DNA of 64,000 nucleotides from Epithemia pelagica (GCA_946965045.2 OX337241.1:2542001-2606000), one strand, 5' to 3'. Counted from the stretch's first letter, positions 45,189 to 59,189 are shown. A program made the numbers and translations. Notes: a model not told the origin generated them from the letters alone.

Positions 45189-45515
45189 TTATTGTGGCCG
45201 ATTGGCATAATGAATCAGGATGATAGACTTCAACTTTTCTTCTTCTTGTTCATCGTGATATCTCGGGAAATCGATCCCCACAGCCTCCAGCAAGAGACGC
45301 CTCTTCATCCTTCGCAGCTTTGTTGCCAAGCTCGTCGACTTTGCCAATGTATCTGCATAAGGAGCCAAGTGTGAATTTGTCGAATGATCGGTGGCCAAAA
45401 GCTTTGATTCCATGACACCTTTGGGACTTTGTGGCTCTTCTACACCTTTGGGACTTTGTGGCTCTTCTTGTTCCGAAACCAACGGCGTCGTAGATAAAGC
45501 TGCGTCATTAACCAT
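45189..45515 (-). CDS. Small hypothetical protein, paralog of 43442-43852
   Basis: Same motif; internal 27-bp tandem duplication (EEPQSPKGV x2). Confidence 0.4.
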   Translation of the reverse strand: MVNDAALSTTPLVSEQEEPQSPKGVEEPQSPKGVMESKLLATDHSTNSHLAPYADTLAKSTSLATKLRRMKRRLLLEAVGIDFPRYHDEQEEEKLKSIILIHYANRPQ

Positions 45516-46513
45516 TGTCGTATAATGCGTGTGGTCTTGTTGATCGGTTACTTCTGCTTTTCGTTAACCCTGTCAACGAATCGATGAATTGAAATTTTGT
45601 CTGCATTGCTGTGGGTTGCTATTTGGTACGTGATGGCCATTCCCGTGGCGCTCATATCTGGCGCCCGTTGTTGTATGAAGGATCTGGGACGATCTTGGAT
45701 ATAGTGGGGTGGAATGAACTATTCGTGATAGGTAGTAAATTCATATTTCAAACCCTATCATCTTTTCACATAAAAAATATAAAAATCTACGATATTACTT
45801 CACACTGTAAGGCCAGGAATTACAACTTATTCCATATTGCGTTGTGAGTGGATACCCCACTTTGCTGGAGCCCGGGATCAGCCATCAACACGACAAATTA
45901 CAAAGTACACTTTCAACCTCAATCAAACCGCAACAAGACAAAAAATGTCGGACTCATTCAGTTTACAGTTCAAAGCTAAAAGATCGCCTGTTTCACTAGG
46001 TTGTTGCTTGACCAATGATGAAGGGACTGACAACAAAAAACCCGAAGAGCGACAATTTTCTCTATTTCGGATCGCCTCGGCAATCAACATTCATGAGGGA
46101 TCCAACTACCATGACCCGTTAGTGGGCTTGGCCTACTAGATTGCCGATATTGGCGCAGCTGAAGCGTAGCCATACGACAAACTCGTAAAAAGTGCAGTCT
46201 TCGGCATCGTCGACAAATGGAAATCAGAGTTCGTACCTGTAAGAACTTGAGCAGTTCATGTCGATTAATCTAGCTCGTCCTCCCACGGCGCCAAACCATC
46301 ACATGCCCTTTATCTATGCCATAGTGCGCCTTTATTCTGTAGCTTCCTGAGTTCAGAGAAGGATACAGCACGGCCACAGACCACATCAATCCATCGCTGA
46401 ATGGGTTTTCATGGTGGCGTGAGCTTCGAGAAGACCAATCAAAGAGCCCAGATGCACCTTGGCTATTGGCTTCCCAAGACTTTTTGGAGCTGAGACTATT
46501 CGTCATTATGCAA

Positions 46514-48673
46514 TCATGTCTTTGTACGAGTCAGACGGTGCATTAAACGAGCATGCAACTCCCTCATCTCATCATCTCGTTCACCACCAATGCTGTAGGA
46601 CATTTCCGATGAGAGGAAGGAGTCTTCTGGGTTAACATTTCTATCGTTCAGAGTGGATTCGTTGTGACAATGGTGTCTGCAACCTGTCGAGTGGTTGCAG
46701 ATGCTACCGCTCTCCGAAGCAGAGTATTCGTCTGCTGATGTAGCAGGTGGAATCGAAATGGCCAAAAATTCATTGACCCATTGATCGACCAGGTCGCCGT
46801 GATCGTCAACACCCACAAAATCGTCCAAACAATCTCGCAAAATGAGATCCATCATTTCTTTTTCCGCCATTCCCATGTCGTTCAGTGTCGAAGGATGCAT
46901 CGTCCTGTAGTCTTCAGTACTAGTGTTGATACTAGTGGGTGACTGAAAAAAGTGACCAAGACAGTCTTGAACAATAGGGTCCACCAGCATCACGTCTACT
47001 GGTGTCACAATAACCATGTCGGCGTCCACTCCCTCCGTGTCGTTTTGTCGACGTGAAAAGAGCAAACTCAAAATTTGGTCCGTCAATTGAAACCTCATGG
47101 TGCTGTTTTCTGTGTCCACAATATTGGCTGGAGCTCCTCGTGGAACGGATCGTGGCATGGGGGTGAAACCACAGTGGATTGGTGGCCGGGGAACAAGTTG
47201 TTGAATTTGGGTCCGGGTCAGCCAACCATCCAAACTGTGGACCCGTAGATCGAGACAGGAACCCGGTAAAAAGGGTACAATGGGTGCCACCGCTTGTGCC
47301 AACAACCAGTGAGATGAGACTGCATCGATGCATTCCATGGACGGTTGGAATGGTTCCGTTTGTCCAAAGTCAGCTGGATACAACAGTGGGTGTGGGTCAC
47401 GGTTGCGTTGCAGCCATTGGACCAACGGGGGATAGTACAACTCATGGTTCTTGCTGCAACCGGTACTACTGTCCCGACTACAACATTGTTTGGGAAGGAG
47501 TATTGTGTATTCTTGATTGGGATCATAGGGACGTCCATTGATACGGGCAATCTCAAACGCAGTGTCCCGGTGCTCGTGGCCCGGAGCACCACGAAATTCG
47601 ATATTGGAGCAAGTGTGCAAAAACGAACACTCAGTTTGGGATGGCATTTTGACATTGTTGGAATCCCTGGCTCCATCTTGTTCTTGTTGTCGGGTGACCA
47701 AAGAGTCGGACAAGGATTGTCGTGAGATATCCAAGAGGGCTTGTACAATGTGACCGGGAACCTGCGACAGAGCCACCATGTCTACCGACTGTGGCATCAT
47801 GTCGTGTTCGAAATTGTTCCATGTGAACCATTCCGTGTCCTTGATATTGTCCACAAACAGTGTGTTGAAACATGCCTCGGGCAACAAGACTAGGTCAATC
47901 ATGGGTGGTGACATTCGTGCATTGGTTGCCGTCACGGCGGACTGGTCCTTGTTCTTCTTGTTGGGAGAACCACGTGGAGACCGAGCCGGCGTGAAACTGG
48001 CGGACGAGCATGTTGTGGTATTGGTGGTATCGGGAGAGGTGGGTCCCGATTTTGGATCCTCCTTCATCCATGATGTTGATATGTCTGGTGGTGGTTGTGC
48101 TGCTTCCGCCGCTGCCATCCATCCCAGGCGCAGGAGGGTTGCCACTGCCATGGGCACGACGACGCGACTGGAGGACCATTCCTCCGGTACGCTTTTCGTC
48201 GGTGTGTCACGTTCCGCTGTCGTTTGGTGATCCTCCACCTTCTCTTTCGTGGTGGTGATTGTTGTGTTGGTGGTGGTGATTTCCGGAGGATCATCCACCA
48301 GAGAGACATCCAGTGTGGGGAAGGCACCTTGTTGATCATTGAATCGGTATTCCTGGTCATCCTCGTCCTCCTCATCCTCATCGTCTCCTACAGTGTCGAG
48401 TTTCTTTTCCTCCCAGCAAAACTCTTGTTTGCGACTCTTGTCATGTTTGGGAGACATGACTCGGACCGTTCCCTTTTTTCGGGCTTTCCACAGTTGAGTG
48501 GGGGAATCTTCCTCGCTATAGAGCATGGTCATGGAACTGGTGGTCGTATCTTGATCGTGTTGATGGGGTCCATACGAATTGTTTTGCGGTGGCACTGATG
48601 ATGGTGACGGTTCTAGTAGTGGTGGGTCTACGAATAGGGATGGAGAAGGATGACGCAAACTCGAGTCATAGTC

Positions 48674-48704
<31 letters not shown>

Positions 48705-49387
48705 ACCTGCCGTTGGTGTACCAGTCGTTGGTGTCGCAATTGCGTCAAGGCGTCATGATACTGGTACCATCGTTCCCAACGAAACAAGCGTCCCGAGGAG
48801 GGAACCACTCCAAGCAACCAGTTGGGCACTTGTGGAGCAGTGTTTGAGGAGGACCGCCGCCGCTGTTGTTGTTGTGGTCGTGCTGATGTGGCATGAACCC
48901 GAGAAGGAGGACTGTTGGTTGTTTGTCTCGTGCTCCAAACAGGGTCCGTCCTGGGAGAAGGCGACGGCAACGAAGATGACGACGACGAGTAGCTGGTGGT
49001 GGGTGTGGTGGTTGTTGTTGTGGCACAAGGACTGGTCTTGGTGGCAGCCGCAGGAAACGACGAATCGACACACCACATGGATGGCGATGAAGGAGAAGAA
49101 GCAGAAGACGCATGTGCCTTGCTCTTTTTGTCCTTGAGTGGCGACGAACAACAAGACGAGGACTGGGACTGTCGCGACGGAGACGGCTGCCAGGAGGGCC
49201 CAGCACAAAAGGAAGCAGTGGTGTGTGCTGGAAGTGGGTCGGTTGGCGATTGTTGTTGTTGCTCCCCCCTCCAGCTCACTGGATTCTCCTGGTCGTCGTC
49301 GTCGTTCTCATCCGTGTCACTGACCATGGCGGTAAAGTGATCTCGCCTCGTCAGTCGTCGCCGTCTTGGTCGACGAATGGGCTTCAT
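46514..49387 (-). CDS. 957-aa protein: long disordered S/T/P/Q-rich N-terminus plus a 5'-nucleotidase C-terminal-like domain
   Basis: FTWNNFEHDMMP..MVALSQVPGHIVQALLDISR...SFLHTCSNIEF...IARINGRPYDPNQEYTILLP fits the 5_nucleotid_C pattern. No calcineurin-like metal motifs seen upstream. Confidence 0.55.
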
Positions 49388-50611
49388 GGTTTTCCGCTAT
49401 GCAACCAGCTTGCCATTAAAGGTGGTAGTTCATATAGTCGTTGTTGTCGTGTTGCCTCTTTATTTTTTTTCGAAATTTCGACAGCGATGCTTCCACTCCA
49501 ACTAATAAGAGAGAGAGAGAGAGACAAGAAGAAAGAGACGTTGCATGCCACCGCCAACGAGAGAGAGCGCTCTCGGGGTTCTTTGCTACAACCACAAAAT
49601 GTGGTGCAGGTCTTGTTTTTTGTGGTTCGAAAATTATGAGCCCTAAAATCCATGAAGCGTGGCACGCCTGCCGCTTCCCAAAATTGGCGAAGAAAGAATA
49701 GTTCGGGACCTACTATTTGTTCTACAGTGATACGAGGCAATGACTGCGCGACTGCGACGAATGACCACCTCCAGCGCGTGACGATCTCCATCCGTATCAT
49801 TGTGGTCGGTTGGCGTTTGTATGACGGAAAAAGTATGGGACGGAACACCTTTGGCCCGTCTCACTTTTTGAATCCCAGGGGGCCAATGGCCAATGCGCCT
49901 CACGGTTGGAAGTTGGAAGACTTCTGGATTCTGGACTGGACATCTTGTTGGAAGAAATCCTCGATCCTCGGTGTTGTATGGTCTGGAAGACGCATCGATA
50001 ATGGGTCTAATGACTGATTCTTTGTGGTCATGACAGACAGTTGTCGCCATGGTATACCCTCCTTTGGCGTTTGCTTTTGTTGGAATTTCCCAAACGAGCT
50101 ACACACAACGTGACGAGAGGAAGCAATTGCAGCCGCGCCAGCACCAACATGTATTTAGTCGTCTTTTGTGACGAGAAAAAGCAATTGGGAGTATTGGATG
50201 GACATGACATGGGAAGAAGGGTTCATCGTTTTGGTTTGCCTTGTCGGAGCGTTGCGTCGTCGAGCACCAACAACTCGGTCGACCGGTAAGATGCTGCGCA
50301 AACTCCACGGCTCTGTTCTAGAAAGAGACACGAGTTTCTCATTTTGGTTCCTAACATTTACTTTTTATATGTATCGCGCTTGTGTAATATTATATCTTCA
50401 ACAGTCAGTCATTCGGTTCCATGGTGCCTGATTCAAGTGGATGAAGAAGTGTTGTTTTTTCTGCTGTGTAAGGTTGCTTTGCTTGACGATATATATATTT
50501 GCATACAGTGATGCTTGTCCCCTGTTGTTTGGAATGCCCCCCAGGAATATTTTTGTTTCGGTTTTTTTGACATGACTCCCAAAGCCTTACTGGACCTTGT
50601 GGCGCGCCTTT

Positions 50612-53600
50612 CTAAAGGACAAGATGCTTACCCTTGGTCGGTTGCGCGGTATCCTCATCCATAAAGACTTCGGGAGCTTTCATACTGGACGAATTCCCAC
50701 CAATGTTTTCATCCTCAGAGTCTTCCACAGTCTCGCTCGTGGAACCTGGGGCACCACCAAGCTGTGGTGATTGCTCCAGCATGGTGGGTTTGGCCGTGGT
50801 GGTGGAAGGCGGAGAAGAAGGACTATTGGGAGTGTTCTGACTCATGCTGGAACGCATCGAATGGAGCATTTCCTCCACCACCTCACGACCACGATCTTCC
50901 CATTCCTGACGATTCTTGAGTGCGTAATTCAAATATTCGTCACTGGCCACACCAAAGACACCACAAATTTTCAACTTTTTGGCCAAGGGAATAATGTAAA
51001 AGTCAAAAAAGCCCAATTCGCCCTTGTACCAATACGAGGACGGGTCCTTTTCGGCACGACCCTCCTGAAAGGCCTGGTAACATTCGCGGAAAAAGTTTTC
51101 GTTCCACTTGCGGTACACGTGCCTGTTGTTGGACCAAGCGCAACGAAATGGAACAAAAGCACACACACAAGACATGAAAAACATGTGAGAGTGTTGGCCA
51201 TGAACACAGGAAACCGACAATAGTCCTGACGTACCAATGCTGCATGGTATGGGCGACATCAGAAGCTTGAATCAAGTGTTCAATCACAATGGTAGCCTTG
51301 CGATGAATCGTATCCCGAGGGTTCTCTTCCCGTTCGGTTTCCGCAAAGGCGCTTTCCCATCGGGCATTGCGCAAGGTTTTGAGTTCCTTGTCGACAATGT
51401 CCGTTGCCAAAACAGCCTAGTAGAAAAAAGTGGGTCGACCGCGAGTGCGGGTGACGCGTGAGAATCTGGAAGCATACACAGCAACACAAGGATGCAACCT
51501 TGTGTGATGCTTACCTGTACAACCAACTGGCGGAAATGATCAAACTCAGCCTTAGTGGAGTAAATGCAGGCGCGAAGCTCTTTGAACTCATCATCCTGTA
51601 ACAAATCCCATGCAACATCGATCGAATGTTGTTCGGCCACACTCTTGTTGCGATACATCAAGGCAAGGACACGCTCCTCTTTGATCAGGGTTTCATTGGG
51701 AATTCCTCGGTGATCCACATCATGGATCAAGGCAGAAAAGACAAGAGCAAACTGCGTCAACGGATCCGATGTAATACCGTACGTGTTATCGTGCAAAGAA
51801 GAGGCAAGATTACCCTTCTTATTGGACCCATTGGTACGCTGTCCAGACGTTTCATTTTCTGTCTGCAGTTCAGGAGGGACCAGTACGATACGGGAGAGAA
51901 GCTTCTTGACGGACATGGTTACATGACATGCATGGGCAAAGTTGTGAAAATGATTGGGCCGATACATACTTGCCACAGTCGTAATGAAAGTGCGAAGTTG
52001 ACGAATAACATTGGGCCCGAGGTCGACTTTCGACAAGTCTTCGTTCTGTCGGGCCGCGGCACGTGCATCAAAGTCGGGCAGATGAATAATCTCCTTGACT
52101 TCGTCCAAGGAAATCTTTCCTCGACTTGCCTTCAATTCATAGTCGGCCGCTAGCACCGGCTTGCTGTTGCGGGGAGCTGCGGATGTCGCTGCGCGGCGGG
52201 CAACCATTTGCTTGAGCAAGCTTGCAAACATATCAACTTGCCAGTCAATCAAACGTCTGGTCTTGTTCTGCTCTTCTGTGAAAGAATCGTTGATGGGCTG
52301 ACCGGGTTTGTCCGCTTTCGCCGCTGCTCCTGAGCCATCCAGCAAGTCGTTGAGCTTTTCTCTGTCATCTCCGTTTTCCGATTGATTACGGACCGAGCTA
52401 CCAGTGGTCGACGAGTTACCAGCGCCGGGCTTGTTGACGTCGTAATCTCCTGCACGAGAAGTGTCAATCCAGAAGGTTCTCATGGTGCCTTTTCCCTTTG
52501 CCTGGACCAACTCTTGCCGAGCATAGACCCAATGTCCCTTACCAGCATTTCGAAGCAATTCAGCGGTTTCCTCAGAGACATGGATGCGGTTTTTTTGTCC
52601 TGTACTTTCCATTCGTGCCTGTGGGGTACGATGAGTTACCAATGCAAACAGTTGAGGATGATATGATCGCACCTTTTGCACATCAATCGCCGTTGTAATA
52701 AGAACGTACCGCTGTGTTCATTGTATCACCAAATAGCTGAAACCGAGCTCGTTCACCTCGCAAAACCCCTGCCGTGACTATTGGTGGAAAACAAGTACAT
52801 GTCAGTATTTCATAGCAAAAGTTCTGCCCACAAGATCCTAGTGAAGACGAAAACGTACCTGGACCACTGTGCAGACCAATCCGGATTCCCAATTCACCGG
52901 TATCTGGACCGAGAGTCAATTCTAATTTCTTGACCAAATCTTGAACCGTAAACAATGTGTCGCGAGCAAATTTGGCCATTACCATGGCATGATCTTTCCG
53001 AGGAATTGGAAGACCAGCCACGGCAACGTAGCAATCACCAACCGTCTCCACCTTATAGACCCCTCGCCTTTTTGCGATGCGATCCAACGCCGAAAACACA
53101 GTTTCTAACAAGGTGAAGACGTCAGCAGGCTCTCGGACAGATGACCAAGCGGTGAAGTTCGTGATGTCAGCGAACATGATGGTAGTCTCCAAGAAAAAGT
53201 CAGCAATGGACCGTCGTGTACCTCCTTCTGTTTGAAGGGCATCGGCGGCATCCTGATCTGCGTCAAGGAAACTTTTCAAATTATTCTTGTCATTTCTGTA
53301 CGTTGATAGCCCTGTGGACTTTTTGCCCTTGGCATCAACGGGTGTGAGCAGTCTATCTCGAATGTTGCTTGGAAAGAGAGACATGACAAGGGCATTCGAA
53401 TTCGCAGCATTCAAGATAACCTTGGTGTTTCGCCTTCTTTGGAAACTATCGTAAGCTATGAAAGCTGATATGATGAGAATGAAGACAGCACCGACAACCA
53501 CGGTCGAGATGAGTGGTCGATTTGATGTATAGCTCTCTTCAAAACTTGATGTTGGATAAAGCCTCAGAGTGTGACTACACAGTTGCATGGAACGGGCGAG

Positions 53601-54865
53601 TTCTTTGTTTCCGTAAATGTCAAGCTCAGCCTCGTACTTTAAAGAGTCATAGGAGGGGTCGTGGAGATCCCCGACTCCCATGAAAACAGCCTTGCTTCCT
53701 TGAAACTCCCACGTCATGGACGTATCACACGTACTATCCAGGACAAGATGGATTCCTCGAACACTATCTGGCATTGCATTGGTAAAAAACGAACCCCATG
53801 GTATAGTGAACTGTGCGGCGGCAACAAGTCTTCTGGTGGTCGTGTTGAAGTTGTCATAAATGGCCTGGACGTAGGCAGAAAAGGGCTCGGAAGTATCCGT
53901 GACAACTTCACTTGCTTGCGGCCAGATCGGAGTGATGAGTTCGTATGGAAAGTTAGCAGTGAAAACACCCTCTCCCAGGATCGCAGAATGATCAATGGAG
54001 TCTTTCAACGGTTGCCCTGCTCCCGCATCTGAGATAAAATCAAAGTTCATCATGTTATTCGCTGGGAGAGGGTCAATCTGCCACACTGGACCATATGGTC
54101 CGGGATATTCGAACAACAATTCACCAGTTGCCAGATCCGCAGAATAGATCACGGGCGAAAACTCCAAGCCCTTGAACCATCCCTTATTCATGATCGAATA
54201 TACGGTCCAGTTTCCCTTTTGCTCTTCGGTCACCAGAGGGAGCATCCACACACCGATGGTTCCCGTTTGTTTCTGAACATTCTTTGCGAGAACATCAAAG
54301 TATTCGAACGTGAAAAAAGGCCATTCTGCTCCTTGTTCGAGACTTGCTGCAGTGAGCTGGTCCGAAAAGTCGCTGCAACTGGAACGGATCGACGATGTTT
54401 GATAGAAGGTGAAATCGACGATTGTCGAAGCAAATTGGCTGAACTGTAGAAGAAAGGTTATCGTTTGCAGAACGCGGTAACGGTGCACTAAGGATGAGCA
54501 ATAGTGGTATCGACGTAGTCTACCTTCCACAGAGACGCATTGTCGATGCGATCTACCTAGGAGGTGATCGAAACACTTACTGAGGTTTTGAATTCACTGT
54601 CTTCCTCCTCTGACACAAACATGTAGGTAGCCGTCGTAACAGCAGTAGACACCAAAAGCATGGCAACGATAACAACCAAACGCCAAGCCAATACCACACG
54701 AGTCTCGTCTTGTATAAGTTTCTTCACCTCCCCTACTTCATCCGGACGCGAGTCCGTGACGGAAGGAGTTTTCGAAGAGGTTTCATCTGCAGGGTCATCA
54801 ATATCATGGTTGGGATCGAGGGAAGAATCCTCTTCATCATGACTCTCCTTATGGACCTCCATCAT
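50612..54865 (-). CDS. Transmembrane guanylyl cyclase-phosphodiesterase fusion; join(54865..54581,54443..52859,52777..52710,52618..51515,51416..51235,51122..50612), 1244 aa
   Basis: Five canonical GT-AG introns give one frame. Two TM helices flank an extracellular CHASE-like region. Cyclase TIMFADI, VETVGDCY, IGLHSGPVTAG, FQLFGDTMNTAARMES. PDE FHNFAHACH, LIHDVDH, QASDVAH. Confidence 0.93.
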
Positions 54866-56393
54866 TCTTGTGAGATTGTGTGATCGAAAAAGTTTGCGAT
54901 AAGACTGATCCCCAAAAAGTTTGCGATGATCAGAGGAAGAACAGAAGCCGATTAAAACATGAATAAATGGGGCACTTCAGAAAATCGATACATGAATATA
55001 TTTTTGTCCTTCTCTTTCCCCCAATTTGTACTGTCTTTTATATATTTCGAGCTTCAGAAAAGAAAATATATGATATTCAGAGCCCTACCGATCCCAAAAT
55101 ATGCTTGTTTCGTGATCCCGGTAGATGTCCATGTCCTCGTCCACGTCCGCTTCTATCACTCCCAACTCCCAACCCCAGCCAGAAAGGGAGATACTCTTTT
55201 CTCCCAAGATGTAAGAGGATTAGGCTATGACTATGAGCTATCAGTATCAGTAATCCGGTACTCTTCCGCTCGTCTCCATACTGCGTAGTCGAGCTCCCTT
55301 CCCCTGCAGGAAATCAGCTTTGGTTTCTTACAGCGGAGAGATCTTACCTCGCTTCGAGCACTGGTAACTGGTACTCGTATTGCTCGTCAGTACTTGTAGA
55401 AAACATGACTGTAGAAAAGTGGTTGGGAATTCCCCTTCTCTTCCTCTACTCATATTCTTATGTCTTGTACACGAGTATGAGACAAAGTCGAAGTTATAGA
55501 GTACGGACCTCAGGGAGTTGTTGTTTTTCTTCAAATAATGGTCTATGGGCAGAAGGAGAAGGATGACCAACTAGATACAGTCTTAATATGGTAAAAGGCT
55601 TTGACCTCTTGACGACCAATAAGTGCTACAATCTCTTTCATACTTTCATTCAGTATATCACTGGTTATAGTTGGAGAAATGAGACGATTTGTCATGACAC
55701 GAAACCCTCACCTCTTGCAAGGGTAATGTGCACAAGAAGGGATAATCATGTATCAGCTCGTATCAAGAGTGACGAATTGCGAACGAGTTCGAACAAAGTT
55801 TAGGGGGAACGCAAGACAAGGGAACAAGGAACACAAGGGCACGGACCACGGTCACTGAACTGGCGTGGAGATTGTTCCACAGGGATCCCTACGAGGATCG
55901 AGGAAGTATGGTATGACTCCATCTTTCTCTCGAATTGTCTTCGAGAAATTAACAGCAGCGTATCGGCATCCAAATTTTGATGCTGCCTGGCATCTACCAG
56001 AAGAATGTATCGGGGCCATCGATGTCCGGCCAGACTTATCGCCATTGAATTGCGGACTCCTATCAAATCCTCCGTCTTCTTACTCCATCTGAAAAGTGAA
56101 CAAGAAAACCAGTAAGCGTCAATTGTCGACTTTTAACGACACAAAATGAGCAAGGCTATCGATGGAGCATCGAGCTTCTAGTGAACAACCAGGAACGATC
56201 TATGCATAAGTCCATGTTGTTTCCTGCTCGTCCATAGTCCATGTTTCCCGGACCAAGTTCACCAGCTTGGTGCTTGGCTCTTGGCTTATCCAGACGTGCG
56301 TATAAGAGGAGCATATTTCCCAACAGGAAATCACTAGAATACTTCGGGGGAAGGGCGTATGAAGAAATATGTCACAAACTCGGGGGAACGATG

Positions 56394-56433
56394 ATCCAGA
56401 CGTGATGTCCAGACGTCCAGACGTCCAGACGTG
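56394..56433. repeat. Short tandem repeat of TCCAGACG (4 copies, one interrupted)
   Basis: ATCCAGACGTGATGTCCAGACGTCCAGACGTCCAGACGTGA read directly. Confidence 0.7.
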
Positions 56434-58265
56434 AGGTTGTTTTCTTCTTCATGATTCATGATGTCGCGACTGACAACTATCTACAAATTGTCGCTTCGAT
56501 CCATGCGACAGTCAGGGTTCAACGTGTACATGGAGTTGACGATGGAAAACCTATGGTCGCTGGGTAAATGACATGAGAACTACGCTCCAATCAAGCCATG
56601 GTTGTCAACCTGTTGGACCTGGAGGCAGCTGTGGAAACGGGAGAACTGTGACAAAACGAAGAGGAATGACCTCACAGAACTCAATAATAGACCATCGTCC
56701 AAAAGCTGCCTTCTTTTTGAACAAATTGATATGAGGATTGACGATTTTATTTCATGTTCTTGCTTTAGCAGAAGCTGCCATGCAGCATGTATAGAATATT
56801 ATTACTGAGCCGTTTCCATAATGATCCACGCCGGAGTGCCTTTGCCCATCCGAAGGAGTCCATCGCTGTGTTTTCGCGACTCGTAGCACCGACCGGAACG
56901 AATAATCGATGGCTGGAACCACTTGTGCCTTGTGGTGGAGAACGAATAGCTTGATCGTTGGAAGAAGGGCACTCCGGTCACCTTTCTCTTGCTGTGGTCA
57001 TCATACCCCTGCCCTGCAGTATCATACTCCTTTTGAGAACCAAAGGGAAAGGTATTCCGTCGTCGTAGTCGGTGTCGACGCCATGGAAATTTCCAAAATC
57101 GAAGCCACCACGTGGTTTGGATGGTTCCTCGTCGCGCCGGATCGTATTCAACTGAAGATGGTAAACAACTTCCCATGAAATTAATTGAAGTGTTGTAGTC
57201 GGGTTGTTCCCTCGTCGATATCAAAATTCTGATTGTCTTGTTGGTTTTTTATTTCCTTGTTGTTTGTTTGTGAAAATCATGGTTCGAGGTTTTCGGTCTG
57301 CTGGTTCGGATTGTCAAGGATCAACGAAGATAATGTTGCTCAAGTTGCCAGAGAACGATGATATTGGACTTCTGATTTTGTGTCTCACACGTTCTCTCCT
57401 TGTACATTTTGTGATACAGTGCTACTTTTTCTGGTATACAATCAAGAAGAGAAGAGAATGAGTACGCTTCCGAATTTTGAATCGCCCTGCGCGAGACACG
57501 AGCGATCACGATTCCGCACGATTCACGATGCCAGAGCACGGGTTAGCCTGTGCCGCTATCCTCCTTCTCTTACCTCTATCTTTAGCTAGATTATGTTGAA
57601 TGCGACCTTTTGACATTGCAGCTTCTACGAAAGACTTAGCCATCGCCCTTTCAAGTCTAGACAGACGAAGATTCAAGCTGGATGTTGGTGTGGAACGCCA
57701 AGACAGCAGCACCAACCAGAATCCAACGAAGAAGAAGAAGAAAACGACAATAAGTTGTATTAGACGACAGCCACTACATGATCGGCACCATTCGTGGTCG
57801 TGGTTTTGTTGTTGGTGCTGCCTTGTTCGGTACGAGACACAAAGTTGTAGTGGTCGAGGTCTAAAACACTGCTGTTCGACAGTGTTGTAATCGTGCAACA
57901 AGATTTCGGTGGAACTGGCATTGAGGGTCAAAGCATCGCAATGGGGAGCAACTTGTTTCCAGGCATGGACAATCGAACGAGCAAGAATACTGAGACAGGA
58001 AGAAGTGGTGGTGAACGTTTCCTGACTCGTCGTCGTCGTCGTCAATGCCACGGGAAAGCCCAGAAAGTCCAACTTTCAAGACGGAATTTAATACAGTCGG
58101 ATCCACGGCAATGACACCATCAGTTTCGTCCATTTGAGGTATGTCAGGAGGAGGAAAGATGACGGCCTTCTTCTTCTTTTGTGGTTGCGTTGGTAGTTCG
58201 GGACGAGACTCGATTCCTTGTTGTCGTTCTGGTCCATTTCGACAACAGGCACGACCGATCCGATT

Positions 58266-58811
58266 TCATGGGTTCCTCTTGGACATGTTCTGGAGGGACT
58301 TCGCTGTCCTTGTTGCGACGGTCCTCCTCACGAGACGAAATCTCATTGGGAGGAGACCACCACGACGATGACAATGTTGTAGGGGTTTGTATCGTGGGCG
58401 TTTCGACTTGGAAGGCGTACGTCCCTGGTCATTGGGTTCCGCCATGGGAGCAGGAAGCTTGATGGTCAAGAATCGAACACATTCGGTCGAATGGGCTTGA
58501 CAGGCCATATGAATCGGCAAAATCCCCACCAAGAATCCTACCACTTCCAACGATGAGGCGACATTGCCATCCTCGGCCGTCTCCTCCGTGGCTGGTGGTT
58601 GGACAGCCGACATTGTGGATTTGTCATTTGCGTCGTCATCTTCATTGGGCCATTCCGGAGCACGTTGACTCCTCCGAAAGGACAAACTGTTCTTGGTCAT
58701 CATATTGGAATTGGACATGACACGTTCCTCCCTCCTTACTTCCATCCAAAGTCGACTCATTGCGAAATTTGAGGAAGAACCATAAGAAGCGGACCACATT
58801 AGGTCCAACAA
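58266..58811 (-). pseudogene. Ankyrin-like repeat fragment within a broken minus-strand coding region (~57500-59000)
   Basis: GILPIHMACQAHSTECVRFL...PNDQGRTP resembles an ankyrin unit; flanking ORFs are short and out of frame. Confidence 0.35.
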
Positions 58812-59189
58812 GGTTTTGCCTTGTCGTGCCTCTGCTCATGCTCCTCTTATCATCGGACATATGGATCCACCTGTTTCGTCCTTTTGTGAACCAAAGCCAA
58901 ATCGAGAAGCTGGACCAAACTCTTCCTTTTCGGAATGGACCACTGTCATCGGTTCCTGCCCTAGCTGTCACAGGTACCAATCCATGGACGACGATGTAAA
59001 GTGCCATGATACCACCCCAAAGCACCAGAATCTACCACTTGTAGAGACACAGAAGCCGGGTCATTCCCTCCACGCCTTGACAACAAACAAGTATGTTCTA
59101 TCTTGCACCTTGTTCTTTGTACTTTGGAGTGAGCACTTACTATTGCAATTGAACGTAGGAAACAAGTCAACCACTCGAGAACTAAACGG

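Noticed and set aside
55150-55700. Possible solo LTR upstream of the GC/PDE gene
   Set aside because: Composition is suggestive only; no partner repeat, TG..CA ends or TSD identified.
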